This document shows positions 38,558 through 49,523 of a DNA stretch of 64,000 bases, piece after piece. Position 1 is the stretch's first letter. Each line of letters opens with the position of its first letter. The notes beneath the pieces were generated by a model. The model was not told the DNA's origin. It searched no databases and saw only the letters and a program-made list of their open reading frames with translations. Source of the stretch: an uncultured virus (IMG/VR IMGVR_UViG_2822507784_000003) (Duplodnaviria; Heunggongvirae; Uroviricota; Caudoviricetes); IMG/VR virus record IMGVR_UViG_2822507784_000003, positions 1 to 64,000 of that record; one strand, given 5' to 3'. Both the position numbers and the translations under genes were made by a program.

Positions 38558-39121
38558 ATGGAGAACACACTTAGTAAAAAAGAAAGATTAATTTTGGCAA
38601 ATCAGTATGATATTCTAGCAAGATTAGCTGAAGATGAATATGAGAAAAAAGAATTTAAAAATCTTAGAGATATTTTTACCTCTGGATATACTAAATACTA
38701 TTCTTTGGCTACTGAGCACTTTTCAGATGAAGTTAACCAAGAAGAATGCAAATTTGTTGTTGATGTTCTAGATCTTTATAGAGACTTATACTATTCAAGA
38801 GAACACAGCAAGGAAGCACAAGATACCATTGAAGAAAAGGATGTTTTATTTAAAGGATTTGATTTGAACGATGAATTCGAATGTAAATACCTCAGTTTTT
38901 ATAAGTTTTTAGTTAAGCGGCTTGGAAGGTATGAGGAAATAAAAGAGTTGATAGAATCTGGTAAAATAGAAGATTATAATTCTCACGGGTTTGGCCCAAG
39001 TCTGCAGAAATTAACAGCCATGATAGCCAAAAGAAATGAAATATTAAACAGAAATGAATTTGGCAGACCTGATGACCTAACAACGGAAGAAATTATTGAA
39101 ATACTAAATGTAGAATATTAA
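38558..39121 (+). CDS. YfbU-family protein
   Basis: LSKKERLILANQY.IL..GY..EECKFV.DVLDLY..FKGFD.N.E..NSHG. Confidence 0.8.
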   Translation: MENTLSKKERLILANQYDILARLAEDEYEKKEFKNLRDIFTSGYTKYYSLATEHFSDEVNQEECKFVVDVLDLYRDLYYSREHSKEAQDTIEEKDVLFKGFDLNDEFECKYLSFYKFLVKRLGRYEEIKELIESGKIEDYNSHGFGPSLQKLTAMIAKRNEILNRNEFGRPDDLTTEEIIEILNVEY

Positions 39122-39250
39122 GCATCCATAACGGGTGCTTTTTTCTTTGTTATATAGAAATTACACAATTAAACGTATTTAAATATTATTTTAGGTATAA
39201 CGTTAATTGACTCATAAATGGTACAGATAACGGATATTTTTCTATTTAGA

Positions 39251-39457
39251 TTAGATGTTAAATGTACCGTGAAACTCTTGGAAATATAATGTTGGGAAAG
39301 GATAATGATATTGGTATATTACGGGAGAAGGCGGAATTGTAGGAGTAAAGGGAATGTGCCCAGGTTGCATACCATATTGACCATATGAAGGATGGTGAAG
39401 TAAATGTTGCCAAGTCGAAGCTGGAGCTACAACAATCCTCATCGGGAAAGGATTCAT
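39251..39457 (-). CDS. Small Pro/His/Tyr-rich, probably spore-associated protein
   Basis: RBS AGGAG; CATACCCTA sigK-like -10 upstream. Confidence 0.55.
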   Translation of the reverse strand: MNPFPMRIVVAPASTWQHLLHHPSYGQYGMQPGHIPFTPTIPPSPVIYQYHYPFPTLYFQEFHGTFNI

Positions 39458-39752
39458 AATATAATCACTCCTAAAGTAGTATTCATGTAATAGGGTATGC
39501 GCTTACTGAATATAGATGTGCACAATCTAGGTCTATAAACATAATAATCAACGGACAGAGAGTAAGGTTACTAATCTTATGATGTGTCCATTATGGGTGT
39601 TTTATTTTACTATGTAGATAGAACAAACATGTGTATAGCAATTATCGTAGGTGCTGCCGTGATCTGGGTGGCGTCTTGTTTGTTGTTAAGGAAAGATAAG
39701 GGGATAAATAAAAAAGAGGACTAAAGCCCTCTTTTTAATAAATACCTAAGTT

Positions 39753-39890
39753 TTACGCACAAATTGGAATCCCTAATGCTATTAAAGTCAATGCTACTTG
39801 AAGAGAAAGCTCTAATCTAGCAATTTCGATTCCAGCAACTGAGACCACTAAAAAAGGTTGTCCATTAACGAACAAAACACAACTGTCCAT
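39753..39890 (-). CDS. DUF3956-like small protein (45 aa)
   Basis: MDSCVLFVNGQPFLVVSVAGIEIARLELSLQVALTLIALGIPICA; RBS AAGGAGG; not in ORF track. Confidence 0.65.
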   Translation of the reverse strand: MDSCVLFVNGQPFLVVSVAGIEIARLELSLQVALTLIALGIPICA

Positions 39891-40029
39891 GCTTACGCCT
39901 CCTTTCTAGCAATCTAATACAGTATATGAATAAAACGATAATATGTAATAGTTGAATTGATGAATTTAATAGAATTGATAGATTTGTCTAGTTTTACAAA
40001 ATAAACGAACATAACGAGCGAAAATAAAT

Positions 40030-40170
40030 GAATGTCCTGTTAACCTGTCTAAAAGTTGACCCTTTTGTACAGTTAAAATTTATAGGTTAAAAACTTTGTA
40101 AACAGATAGTTGTTAATGTCTAAAAGATAGTCTAAAATAAAAGTATATAATTCTTAAGACTTTTAGACTA
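40030..40170. promoter_or_regulatory. Putative res site
   Basis: Repeated GTCTAAAA and inverted TTTTAGAC half-sites directly upstream of the resolvase. Confidence 0.55.
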
Positions 40171-40186
40171 TTTTGAGGTGATTTGG

Positions 40187-40750
40187 ATGGCTATCGTTGG
40201 TTATGCAAGAGTAAGTACAAAAGATCAAAACTTAGATGCGCAAATTGAAAGGTTAACAGAATATGGATGTAACAAAATATATTCTGAAAAGTACAGTGGA
40301 GCTAATAGTGATCGGGAAGAATTACAAAAGGCATTAGAGTATATGAGAGAAGGAGATAAATTTGTTGTTTGTAAAATAGATCGCTTAGCTAGATCGATAT
40401 TTGATTTGCATAAGATTGTAAATGAATTAGCTGATCGAGGAATAGCGGTGGTATTTCTTAAAGAACAAATTGATTTTTCAACACCTGCAGGTAAATTGAT
40501 GTTTACTATGCTAGGGGCTATTGCTGAGTTTGAAAGAGATTTAATTAATGAAAGAACATCTGAAGGCCGAGAAAGGGCTAAAGCGATGGGCAAACATATG
40601 GGACGTAAAGGGCAGGATGAAAAACAAGTGAAACAAGCCATGAACTTATTTTTTAATAGAAAAGAAAATGGTTTAAGTGTGAATGATATTTTTAAAATGA
40701 CTGGTGTCCCTCGCTCTACTATTTATGCTAAGGCCAAAGAATTAAAGTAG
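40187..40750 (+). CDS. Small serine recombinase (resolvase/invertase)
   Basis: GYARVST..Q, DRLARS, AEFER.LI.ERT; C-terminal HTH. Confidence 0.95.
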   Translation: MAIVGYARVSTKDQNLDAQIERLTEYGCNKIYSEKYSGANSDREELQKALEYMREGDKFVVCKIDRLARSIFDLHKIVNELADRGIAVVFLKEQIDFSTPAGKLMFTMLGAIAEFERDLINERTSEGRERAKAMGKHMGRKGQDEKQVKQAMNLFFNRKENGLSVNDIFKMTGVPRSTIYAKAKELK

Positions 40751-40810
40751 CGAATTCGCTGCTTTTTTATTTTGCATAGAAAAAGGAACCCCTTAAGGAT
40801 TCCTTTTACG

Positions 40811-41032
40811 TCATGCGGTTCTATAATCTTTATTTTTAAGTTTTTTTCTGGTATCCATAAATGCCGCGATCATTATTATCGTACATATTAAATCCATCCA
40901 GCGAAACTCTTTATGGAACATTAGTGCAGAGAAGACATCGTAAGCGTATAAAAAGCCAATGATTGGAAATAACCAAAGCATGAATTTTAAATCTCTTAAA
41001 GTGAATTTATAATTACCAATCTTTTTCCACAT
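40811..41032 (-). CDS. Small membrane protein
   Basis: 2 TM; C-terminus KDYRTA resembles neighbour's KNYRTS. Confidence 0.6.
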   Translation of the reverse strand: MWKKIGNYKFTLRDLKFMLWLFPIIGFLYAYDVFSALMFHKEFRWMDLICTIIMIAAFMDTRKKLKNKDYRTA

Positions 41033-41044
41033 ATGTATCAACTC

Positions 41045-41248
41045 CTATTGTTCTGAGGTTCTATAGTTTTTCTTGATGATATTTCGCATGTCTACGATAA
41101 AGAATAGAAGGAAGATAACGGCTGCGATGCCATTAATCCAGTAGTATGTGCGCCCCATTGTGAATCCATCATTGAAGGAATAGGCATTCCAAATTATAAG
41201 GATTACTGAACAGATAGTAGAGGTCATTAATGAACCAAAACTTCTCAT
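41045..41248 (-). CDS. Small membrane protein
   Basis: 2 TM; RBS GAGGTG. Confidence 0.6.
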   Translation of the reverse strand: MRSFGSLMTSTICSVILIIWNAYSFNDGFTMGRTYYWINGIAAVIFLLFFIVDMRNIIKKNYRTSEQ

Positions 41249-41410
41249 GATTGTCACCTCAATCCAAAATGTTAGAACTTATTTATAATTTTACATTTAA
41301 ATAATTAGATTTACAAGAACAGGATATATTAAAACAATATAAAGGAATTACCGTAAGGAGAAGTTAGACGAGTTTCTTCCTATTATATAGAAGGTGGTGG
41401 GTGATATGAA

Positions 41411-42205
41411 GTGAAACAAAAACACAAGTTAGCTCAAGAAGATTACATGCAAGGTATGAAGTACAAAGATATAGCAGAGAAACATGATGTCAGCGTGAAC
41501 ACCGTAAAGTCATGGAAGACCAGGTACAAATGGGACCGAAAAGGTGTGCATACAAAAGAAGAAAAAGTACGCACACAAAAGAAGACGGGTGCACCCATTG
41601 GGAATCAAAATGCAGTCGGTAATTCGGGTAACAAGAATCCTAAATGGGGTAACAAGAATGCAGTAGGGCATGGCCCGCCAAAAGGGAACCATAACGCTAT
41701 GACGCATGGATTGTTTAGGAAGATAATCCCGAGTGACGATCCGCATGCAATGGAATTGCTAGATGAAATACAAAATCATACTGAATTAGATATGCTATTC
41801 CACTCTATTCAACTGCAATACTTCAATATCCTTAATTCACAACGTATTATACATGTTCGCAGTCAAAACGATATGTCAAAAGAGATGATTAGCGAATCAC
41901 TGAATGGAGACGCGTACACAGTGCAGTTTGCATGGGATAAACAAGCTAATTTACTTACAGCTTATTCGCGCGCTATGACAGCGTTATCCTCTATGATTGA
42001 GAGGTTCGATAAGTTAGCAAATGCTGATGATGAGAGACGATTGAAGTTAGAGCAGATGAAAGTTAACATTGAAAAAACGAAAGCTGACACTGCTCGTATT
42101 AAGGGAGAAGATGGGGAAGAGTATGAAGACGATGGTTTCAAAGAGGCGCTAAAAGGAAAGGTAGAGGAAGTGTGGGATGATCATGACGACGATTCCGAAG
42201 CGTAA
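41411..42205 (+). CDS. terS: Terminase small subunit (YqaS-like)
   Basis: HTH (KYKDIAEKHDVSVNTVKSWK), GAPIGNQNA/GN.NA repeats, NAMTHG. Confidence 0.85.
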   Translation: MKQKHKLAQEDYMQGMKYKDIAEKHDVSVNTVKSWKTRYKWDRKGVHTKEEKVRTQKKTGAPIGNQNAVGNSGNKNPKWGNKNAVGHGPPKGNHNAMTHGLFRKIIPSDDPHAMELLDEIQNHTELDMLFHSIQLQYFNILNSQRIIHVRSQNDMSKEMISESLNGDAYTVQFAWDKQANLLTAYSRAMTALSSMIERFDKLANADDERRLKLEQMKVNIEKTKADTARIKGEDGEEYEDDGFKEALKGKVEEVWDDHDDDSEA

Positions 42206-42699
42206 AAAGAAACCTGCTCCCTTTAAATTTAAACCATTCTCCAAGAAGCAGCTGAAGGTATTAACTTGGTGGAAGCCTAACAGTCCCGTTAAAGATTATG
42301 ACGGGATTATTTGCGATGGTTCTATTCGTGCCGGAAAAACAGTATCGATGGCTCTTTCCTATGTTATGTGGGCAATGGAATCATTCGAAGGTGAGAACTT
42401 CGGTATGTGCGGGAAAACAATTGGTTCGCACCGTCGTAACGTTATAACGCCCCTCAAGAAGATGTTGAAGTCTCGTGGGTATAAGGTTAAAGATCACCGC
42501 AGTGAAAATATGCTTACTATTACTAAAGACGGTGTGACAAACTTCTTTTATATTTTTGGTGGTAAAGATGAAAGTTCCCAGGATTTGATCCAAGGAATTA
42601 CTGCCGCTGGCATGTTTTTTGATGAAGTGGCACTTATGGTACAAAGTTTTGTTAACCAAGCAACAGGCCGTTTGTCTGTAACTGGTTCGAAAATGTGGT
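42183..42699 (+). CDS. terL: Terminase large subunit, exon 1
   Basis: GSIRAGKT Walker A; FFDEVALM Walker B. Confidence 0.9.
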
Positions 42700-43671
42700 T
42701 AAAATTAGCCACGCTACATAGTGATATGTAGTTTAAAACTCGGTGAACTGGTAAATACCAGGTGTGCCTAAATGGTGCTAACGGTGAAAATCTAAAACGA
42801 ACCAATTTTAATTGCAATCCTTTTGTAGTAAAATAATACCAAAGGGGTGGTTGCAATGAACAATCATATTAAAGGTTATGTTTACATGTTGATTTCTCCA
42901 AGTGGAAAAGAGTATATAGGAAGAACTATTGATATAAAAAGAAGGGTAAATAATTATAAAACCCGTTGTAATTACGTAGAAACTCCAATTTATCAAGAAA
43001 TAAAAAAATACGGTTTTGATAACTTTCAACTTGATATATTAAAGGAAATCACAGGAGAAAGGGAAGAAGTCGAAGAACAACTAAATAAATTAGAGGGATG
43101 CTATATTGCGAAACATAGAACTTCTGAAATAGGGTTGAATGTAAGGAACTTCGACGGGAAAATACGAACCTATACTCTGAAAGATTCTACTAAAGAGAAA
43201 ATGAAAAGGTCGCAAACAGGAAGGAAGCATTCGTTAGAATCTCGACAAAAAAGAGCAGGAGAGAACGCCTACCAATCAAGAAAAGTCCATTCAGAAAAAT
43301 TAGGTGAAACTTTCAATTCTTTAAGAGAAGCTGCTAAATACGCAGGACTAACAAACGGATGTAAAATTTCTGAGTTTATTAGTGGGAAAAGGAAGTCAGC
43401 GGGTAAACATCCAAAAACAAAAGAACCTTTAAATGATTGGAAATTTGTTTGATATGACAATACCGTGCCAAGCCATAGGGGAAACCATTTGGAAGGTGTA
43501 ACGACTAAGATATACAGGCTAAGGAAGCGACTAACGTCGCTTTTTTCTATGCTTATGAAATCTGTACTCATAAGGTGTAATTCCTTATGGGGAAGCGCCG
43601 AGCATCTCTAGAATGAGATGAAGATATAGTCTATTCCCCTAATAAATATCGGGAAACCGAGGGTATAAAAG
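42700..43671 (+). mobile_element. Group I intron in terL
   Basis: P1 GUGGU/GCCAC with U42699-G42708 wobble; P3 CUCGGUG/CGCCGAG; P7 GACUA/UAGUC with AAGAUAUAGUC; terminal G43671; splicing restores KMWFNCNP. Confidence 0.92.
42856..43452 (+). CDS. Intron-encoded GIY-YIG homing endonuclease (NUMOD-type C-terminus)
   Basis: GYVYMLISPSGKEYIGRT..R..E..GLN; TKEKM..KHSLESRQK; FNSLREAAKY. Confidence 0.85.
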   Translation: MNNHIKGYVYMLISPSGKEYIGRTIDIKRRVNNYKTRCNYVETPIYQEIKKYGFDNFQLDILKEITGEREEVEEQLNKLEGCYIAKHRTSEIGLNVRNFDGKIRTYTLKDSTKEKMKRSQTGRKHSLESRQKRAGENAYQSRKVHSEKLGETFNSLREAAKYAGLTNGCKISEFISGKRKSAGKHPKTKEPLNDWKFV

Positions 43672-44453
43672 TTAACTGTAACCCTGCAGGACCGTATCAC
43701 TGGTTTAAAGAGAAGTGGTTGGATCAAAAGAAAGAAAAGAATCTACTGCACCTTAAATACTCTATGGATGATAATTTGTCATTAGATGAGAAGACGAAAA
43801 GAAGATATCACCGTATGTATAGTGGTGTTTTCTATCGGAGATATATTAAAGGTGAATGGGCAGCTGCTTCTGGACTTATCTTTGATATGTTCAAGGAAGA
43901 AGTGCACAAAGTTGATTCTGTAGATCGTAATTACGTTGAGTATTATGTTTCTTGCGACTACGGTACACAGAACGCTATGGCGTATGGATTATGGGGTAAA
44001 TGTATTGAAGATGGTGGCAAAGAAGTATGGTACAAAATCAAAGAGTACCATTATAGCGGTCGTGATACGGAGAAGCAGAAAACGGACCAGGAATATTACG
44101 AAGACTATGAAGAATTCGTTGGTGATTTGCCAATTAAAGGAACAGTAATTGACCCCTCGGCTGCTTCGTTTATCGCTGTATTGATGCGTAATAAGAGGAA
44201 AGTATATAAGGCTCGTAATAATGTGAAAGAGGGCATTGGAAACGTTGGTATAGCGCTTAATACAGGCAGAACATACTTTAACGATTGCTGCGTTGAGACG
44301 TTTAAGGAGTTTGCCTCTTATATATGGGATGAAAAAGCGATCCAACGCGGTGAGGATAAACCACTTAAAGAGAATGACCATCACATGGACGAAACGAGAT
44401 ACTTCATTAACACGATTATATTCGGATTACGTAAAAAGAAGAAAAAGAAATGA
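43672..44453 (+). CDS. terL: Terminase large subunit, exon 2
   Basis: NCNPAGPYHWF, DNLSL, CDYG, DPSA, NDHHMDETRY nuclease motifs. Confidence 0.9.
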
Positions 44454-44467
44454 GGTGAAGCAACTTA

Positions 44468-46006
44468 ATGACAAAGAAAAGGAAAGTTAGTGCAAAGGTA
44501 ATTAAGGCAGTAGGGACAAGTACTCAAGTATTATCTCGCCAACAAGAGAGCGAGAATGAGAAGAACGCAGTTAATGATATTATCGAACCGCCTTATAGAA
44601 TTGAAGATTTGCAGCAGATTAGGGAAAATAGTACGATTCTAGGGCAGTGTATTGATGCGTATAAGCGTAATATTGCTGGATTTGGTCATGAGATGAAGTA
44701 TAAGCAAGGTGATATTAAAGAAACGACAGAGATGAAAACGGAATGGTCCTTTGTGAATGATGGGGTAATTCCTTTCTTTAGTTTCGACAAACCGTTTAAA
44801 GAAGTTCTTGAGACAAGTATCGACGATAGAGAAACCACAGGCAATGGATATATTGAAGTGATTCGTAATTTAGATGGGAAACCTGCCGAATTAGTAAATA
44901 TGTTGTCGCAGTACATGAGGGTCACACGTAAGGATGATAAACCTCAAGAGGTTACTTATACCATTAACGGAAATGAAGTTAAAAGAAAAAAACTATTTCG
45001 TCGCTATGTGCAGCGAGTAGGAAATACTGACACGTACTTTAAAGAATTCGGGGATCCACGCTTCTTGAATAAAGAAACTGGCCAATTTGGTACTTCTACA
45101 TTTGGCGAAAAAAACGCCACTGAAGTAATACAACTGAAGATAGGGAATGGCCCTTATGGTATCCCACGTTGGGTATCGCATGTTGTTCATATGGTAGGAG
45201 CTAGGAAGGCAGAGGAATTAAATCTACGCTATTTCAAACAAGGGCGTCATATTCCGATGGCTATCTTACTGAAGAATGGGATTTTATCAGAAGAAAGTGA
45301 AGCAGCTCTAACTGATTATGTTTCGAATGTTGAAGGTGAAGATAATCAACATAAATATCTGCTACTGCAAGTGGAAAGTGCTGAAGAGGGGATTGTAGGT
45401 GATACTCCAACGTCAGTGGATATCGAGCTTAAATCACTAGCAGATATCCTGCAAAATGATGCTCTATTCCTTGAATACGATGAGAAATCACGTCAAAAAG
45501 TACAATCAGCATTCCGTTTACCAGACGTATATGTAGGTTATATTCGCGACTTTAACAGAGCAACTGCTGAATCTGTACGAGAGATTACAGAAGAGCAGGT
45601 ATTTGAACCGGAACGAAGCGCTTTAGAATTTATTATTAACAATGTGCTGCTACTTCCATATGGATTAAAACACGTATACGTAAACCTACGAAAATCAGAG
45701 ATCAGTAACACGGAGGATATGGTTAAAACTATTGAGGTGCTTGCTGATAAGGGTGGTTTAACATTCCAGGATATACGTAATATTGCTAGTAATATGCTAA
45801 ATAAAGAGCTCTCAGATTATGATATTCCTGAAGCGGATCAACCAGTTGCTTTAGTTTTAGAAAGACATCGTAAGGTAAGTGGTTGGGAGGAAGGGTTAAG
45901 TGAGAAGCTACAAAAATCAGCTGGTGGTAATGCTAAGGAAGAACTCGTAAATGTAATGAAAGATGTACGAGACTTATTGGAGTCGATGCAAGATGCAGAA
46001 GATTGA
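44468..46006 (+). CDS. Portal protein (PBSX family)
   Basis: TGNGYIEVIRN, YGIPRW, FNRATAE; follows terL. Confidence 0.9.
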   Translation: MTKKRKVSAKVIKAVGTSTQVLSRQQESENEKNAVNDIIEPPYRIEDLQQIRENSTILGQCIDAYKRNIAGFGHEMKYKQGDIKETTEMKTEWSFVNDGVIPFFSFDKPFKEVLETSIDDRETTGNGYIEVIRNLDGKPAELVNMLSQYMRVTRKDDKPQEVTYTINGNEVKRKKLFRRYVQRVGNTDTYFKEFGDPRFLNKETGQFGTSTFGEKNATEVIQLKIGNGPYGIPRWVSHVVHMVGARKAEELNLRYFKQGRHIPMAILLKNGILSEESEAALTDYVSNVEGEDNQHKYLLLQVESAEEGIVGDTPTSVDIELKSLADILQNDALFLEYDEKSRQKVQSAFRLPDVYVGYIRDFNRATAESVREITEEQVFEPERSALEFIINNVLLLPYGLKHVYVNLRKSEISNTEDMVKTIEVLADKGGLTFQDIRNIASNMLNKELSDYDIPEADQPVALVLERHRKVSGWEEGLSEKLQKSAGGNAKEELVNVMKDVRDLLESMQDAED

Positions 46007-46919
46007 TAAACTGCTAGATTCATTAAATGGGTGGATAGAGAAAGCTGATACTGGTGATTTTACAGATTCATTGCCTGATGATCTGGAAGTATTGGACATG
46101 TTACCGGGATACGTTGAGGACTTCGAAGAGGAAGTTGCCAAGCTACTTCGGAAGCAGAAGAAGTACATTGTTGATGGAATTAAGAACTATACGAAAAAGG
46201 ATGCTATCGAAAAGGGTATCACGATAAAGGATATTATCGACTTTGTTACTGGCAGTCTATTTGGAGCTGATACATTCGCTAAAAGTTTGAGTAAAGCAGC
46301 GAGGAAATTCCTTAATTACACGATGAAGGATATGACGAAAGCTTTCATGGATGCAATTGATCCTGATATTCAGTTTAATGTCTTCTCAAAACGCACTACA
46401 AAGTGGATTAATAGTTGGTCTGATGAATTAGGTAAGTTAATGCAGATTAACTCGCAAAAAGCGGTAGAGCGTATTTTAAACGAGGGATTAGAGAAAGGGA
46501 AAGGTATTCGTGAAATAGCAAGAGAGCTTGCGAAGCTACCGGAATTCGACCGTAAAAGAGCAAAGACAACAGCGCAGACAGAGGTCCTCGCAGCATGTTC
46601 TGCTTCTCAATTTGAATCATATCGCCAATCCCCTGCTGTAATAGGTAAGAAGTGGCGTCATAGCGGTACAAAGAACAATCAACCTCGTGATAATCATGTG
46701 GCGTATGACGGTACAACGGTTCTGGTAGAGGCAGAATTTGAGCTCCCCGGTTCTGGAGAACGGTGTATGTTTCCTCGTGATAGTTCGTTAAGTGGGCGTG
46801 AAAGAATTAACTGTAAATGTATTATGTCCCCTGCCGTAGATAACAATATATTAGGCCTATCTGAAGAAGAGAAACAGAAGATTAGGGAAGAAACTTTGAA
46901 GGAGTTGAACAAGAAATGA
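45993..46919 (+). CDS. Minor head protein (SPP1 gp7/MuF-like)
   Basis: RAKTTAQTE, KKWR, RDNH, FPRD, INCKC. Confidence 0.85.
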   Translation: MQKIDKLLDSLNGWIEKADTGDFTDSLPDDLEVLDMLPGYVEDFEEEVAKLLRKQKKYIVDGIKNYTKKDAIEKGITIKDIIDFVTGSLFGADTFAKSLSKAARKFLNYTMKDMTKAFMDAIDPDIQFNVFSKRTTKWINSWSDELGKLMQINSQKAVERILNEGLEKGKGIREIARELAKLPEFDRKRAKTTAQTEVLAACSASQFESYRQSPAVIGKKWRHSGTKNNQPRDNHVAYDGTTVLVEAEFELPGSGERCMFPRDSSLSGRERINCKCIMSPAVDNNILGLSEEEKQKIREETLKELNKK

Positions 46920-46965
46920 AGACTTCTAAAATTAAGCTGATTCATATTTGAAAGGGGGTGAGTAA

Positions 46966-48000
46966 ATGCCAAGAAAACTAAAAAACGTGGATGTAAGCTT
47001 TGTTTCTATTGTGGATAAAGCTGCAAACAAAAAGAAATTCTTCTTAACGAAAAGTGAACAGGAACCAACGTTTGAAAAAGAAGTCAAAATTATTAAAGGG
47101 GAAGACGAAGAGCAAAAACTTGTATATGGAATTGTATACTCTCCTGGCAGCGCGGATGATCCAAACACTCATGACGCACACGGGGATTTCATGACTGCGG
47201 AAGAAATAGAAAAATCCGCACATAATTTTATTGCGAAGTATCGTAATATCGACACTCAACATGATTTTAATGCAGGAGCAGGAAAAGTAGTAGAAAGTTA
47301 TGTAGCTCCTGTTGATATGGAAATAAATGGTGAAATAATCACAAAAGGTACATGGGTACTGGTGACAGAAGCAACCGATGAGATATGGAAAGATATTAAA
47401 GATGGAAAAATGACAGGTTATTCCCTTGCAGGAGTTGCCGAGACAGAATTAATTGGGGAAGAAGTAACTAAAACTGAAGAGAAACAAATGAAGTCCTTCT
47501 TCCAATTGGTGAAGGGCTTTTTTAGTGGGCAAAAACAGATTAAAGTTGTGAAAGATGCTGATGATGAAGCAACATTCCTTTTCGCAGTAGAAAAAGCTGG
47601 TAAGAAAATCAGTAATGTGAACATGTCCGATATCGATGCAGCTATTGATTCGTTAACAAATCTAAAAACACGCGTCGCGCCGTCAACAGAAGGTGCAGGA
47701 AGTGAGGAAGATAATATGGAGTTTAATCAAGAACAGTTAGAAAAGACATTAGCATCCGCAGTAGAGAAAGCAGTGAATCCAATTAAAGAGGAATTAGCTT
47801 CTGTTAAAAAACATCTTAATATCGACAAGGAAAAAACAGAAGAAGATATTAGAGTAGAAAAAGCTGTTGAAGCTGCTACTGCTCCTCTACGTGAAGAGAT
47901 TGAAACGTTGAAAAAATCTCAAGGCGTTAGCAATCAACAAGATACTGATGTTGTTGAAAAAATTGAAGTCAAAAAATCTGTATGGAATGGCTTACTGTAA
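46966..48000 (+). CDS. XkdF-like prohead protease/scaffold
   Basis: VSIVDKAAN, DAHGDFM, DTQH, TGYSLAG. Confidence 0.85.
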   Translation: MPRKLKNVDVSFVSIVDKAANKKKFFLTKSEQEPTFEKEVKIIKGEDEEQKLVYGIVYSPGSADDPNTHDAHGDFMTAEEIEKSAHNFIAKYRNIDTQHDFNAGAGKVVESYVAPVDMEINGEIITKGTWVLVTEATDEIWKDIKDGKMTGYSLAGVAETELIGEEVTKTEEKQMKSFFQLVKGFFSGQKQIKVVKDADDEATFLFAVEKAGKKISNVNMSDIDAAIDSLTNLKTRVAPSTEGAGSEEDNMEFNQEQLEKTLASAVEKAVNPIKEELASVKKHLNIDKEKTEEDIRVEKAVEAATAPLREEIETLKKSQGVSNQQDTDVVEKIEVKKSVWNGLL

Positions 48001-48021
48001 GCCTGAAGGAGGAAAAGGTAT

Positions 48022-48951
48022 ATGACACTTAATAACAAAACAATTATTGAAAAAGCAGACGTTACTCTTGCCACATTGGCTAGTGGTGGTTTAATGAATC
48101 CTGAACAAGCTGATACATTCTTACGTATGGTGCAAAACTCCCCTACTATTTTAAAGGATTCGCGCTTTATTCAAATGGCTTCAGACACACTTAAAATTGA
48201 AAAGATTGGCTTTGGTTCCCGTATTCTTCGTCCTGGCGTTGAAGGTGTACCTTTAAAAGACTCTGATCGCTCTGCTCCATCAACTAGTACAATTACGTTA
48301 AATGCCAAAGAAGTAATTGCTGAAGTGCATATTACTTATGATACATTGGAAAACAATATTGAGGGTGGGAATCTTCAAAATACTATCATGCAGATGATTG
48401 CAGATCGTGCTGCATTAGATATTGAAGAATTAATTTTGAATGGTGATATAGCATCTGCAGATCCTTATTTAGCTTTATTAGATGGTCTGCGTAAACAAGC
48501 AACGTCGCATGTTGTAGATGGTGCTGCAGGTGCATTTACTAAAGATGTATTTAAGAAAGCTTATAAAGCTGTTCCTGCTAAATACCTGCGTAACCCTAAA
48601 GATTGGAAGTTTTACACATCACATGGTTTAGAAATTGAATGGAAAGATCAAGTAGCAATGCGACAAACTAACTTAGGGGATGTTTCACTTCAAGGTGGTT
48701 TAGCTTCTGCTTATGGTATTCCAGTAGAGGGGATTGCTATGTTACAGCCATATAATGATGGAGCCAATACTGTATCTGATATTTTATTAACTCTTCCTAA
48801 AAATATTGTGACAGGTATGAGCCGTAATATTCGAATTGAAGTGGATAAGGATATTCGCGCTCGTAAATTCATTATTGTTTTAACTGCGAAAGTTGATGTG
48901 AAGTTCGAAGAGGAAGATGCAGTGGCAAAAGTTATCAAAGTTAAGGAGTGA
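48022..48951 (+). CDS. Major capsid protein (XkdG-like)
   Basis: [29 protein letters not shown]. Confidence 0.9.
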   Translation: MTLNNKTIIEKADVTLATLASGGLMNPEQADTFLRMVQNSPTILKDSRFIQMASDTLKIEKIGFGSRILRPGVEGVPLKDSDRSAPSTSTITLNAKEVIAEVHITYDTLENNIEGGNLQNTIMQMIADRAALDIEELILNGDIASADPYLALLDGLRKQATSHVVDGAAGAFTKDVFKKAYKAVPAKYLRNPKDWKFYTSHGLEIEWKDQVAMRQTNLGDVSLQGGLASAYGIPVEGIAMLQPYNDGANTVSDILLTLPKNIVTGMSRNIRIEVDKDIRARKFIIVLTAKVDVKFEEEDAVAKVIKVKE

Positions 48952-48957
48952 TGACTT

Positions 48958-49125
48958 TTGAATTACTATGCTAAATTAATAGTCGGGAAAACATATGACG
49001 TCCATGAACGTCTATTTTTATTGGGGCAAGAAGAGAAGGTTACAAAGAAAACGTACGATTATCTAAGTGGTAACGAACAATTTGCAGTCCGAAAAGAAGG
49101 TAGTAAATCTAAAGGAGAGGAGTGA
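48958..49125 (+). CDS. YqbF-like small head protein
   Basis: YYAKLIVGKTY..F..GQEEKV..YL..F.V; read manually. Confidence 0.6.
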   Translation: MNYYAKLIVGKTYDVHERLFLLGQEEKVTKKTYDYLSGNEQFAVRKEGSKSKGEE

Positions 49126-49130
49126 TAGGT

Positions 49131-49523
49131 ATGTCGCTTATTACTGCTCAAGAATTAATAGATTATACTGTGCTGCTTGAAGTGAAAAAGCGTCCTGTTC
49201 CTCTATTGGAGCAGGACATACTTGAGGCAGAAACAGAGATTAATAATATTCCTAATATAGCTAATTTCGCTGATCAAATGAAATTCCCAGTAATTCCTGA
49301 AGTGGTAAAGTTAGCTTGTAAAAAGTTAGCACAGTATTATGCGTATACAAACGCTGATACTACTGCAATGAAGGGGATTAAATCTGAAAGTGTTGGTGGT
49401 GGAGATTATTCGTATACGAAGGATAGTTCAAGTATCACCAAACCGGATGTGCTTAATTTATTAAAGGGATTTATACCTAACTCTGGAAAGAATAAAGTCA
49501 CGTTCAAAATGAGGACGATTTAA
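49131..49523 (+). CDS. Head-tail adaptor (YqbG/DUF3199-like)
   Basis: LIT.QEL..Y, LEQDILEAE, LAQYYA, KSES.G.YSY. Confidence 0.75.
   Translation: MSLITAQELIDYTVLLEVKKRPVPLLEQDILEAETEINNIPNIANFADQMKFPVIPEVVKLACKKLAQYYAYTNADTTAMKGIKSESVGGGDYSYTKDSSSITKPDVLNLLKGFIPNSGKNKVTFKMRTI

Noticed and set aside
42177..44453. terL as a broken pseudogene
   Set aside because: The interruption is a well-formed group I intron whose removal restores the frame.
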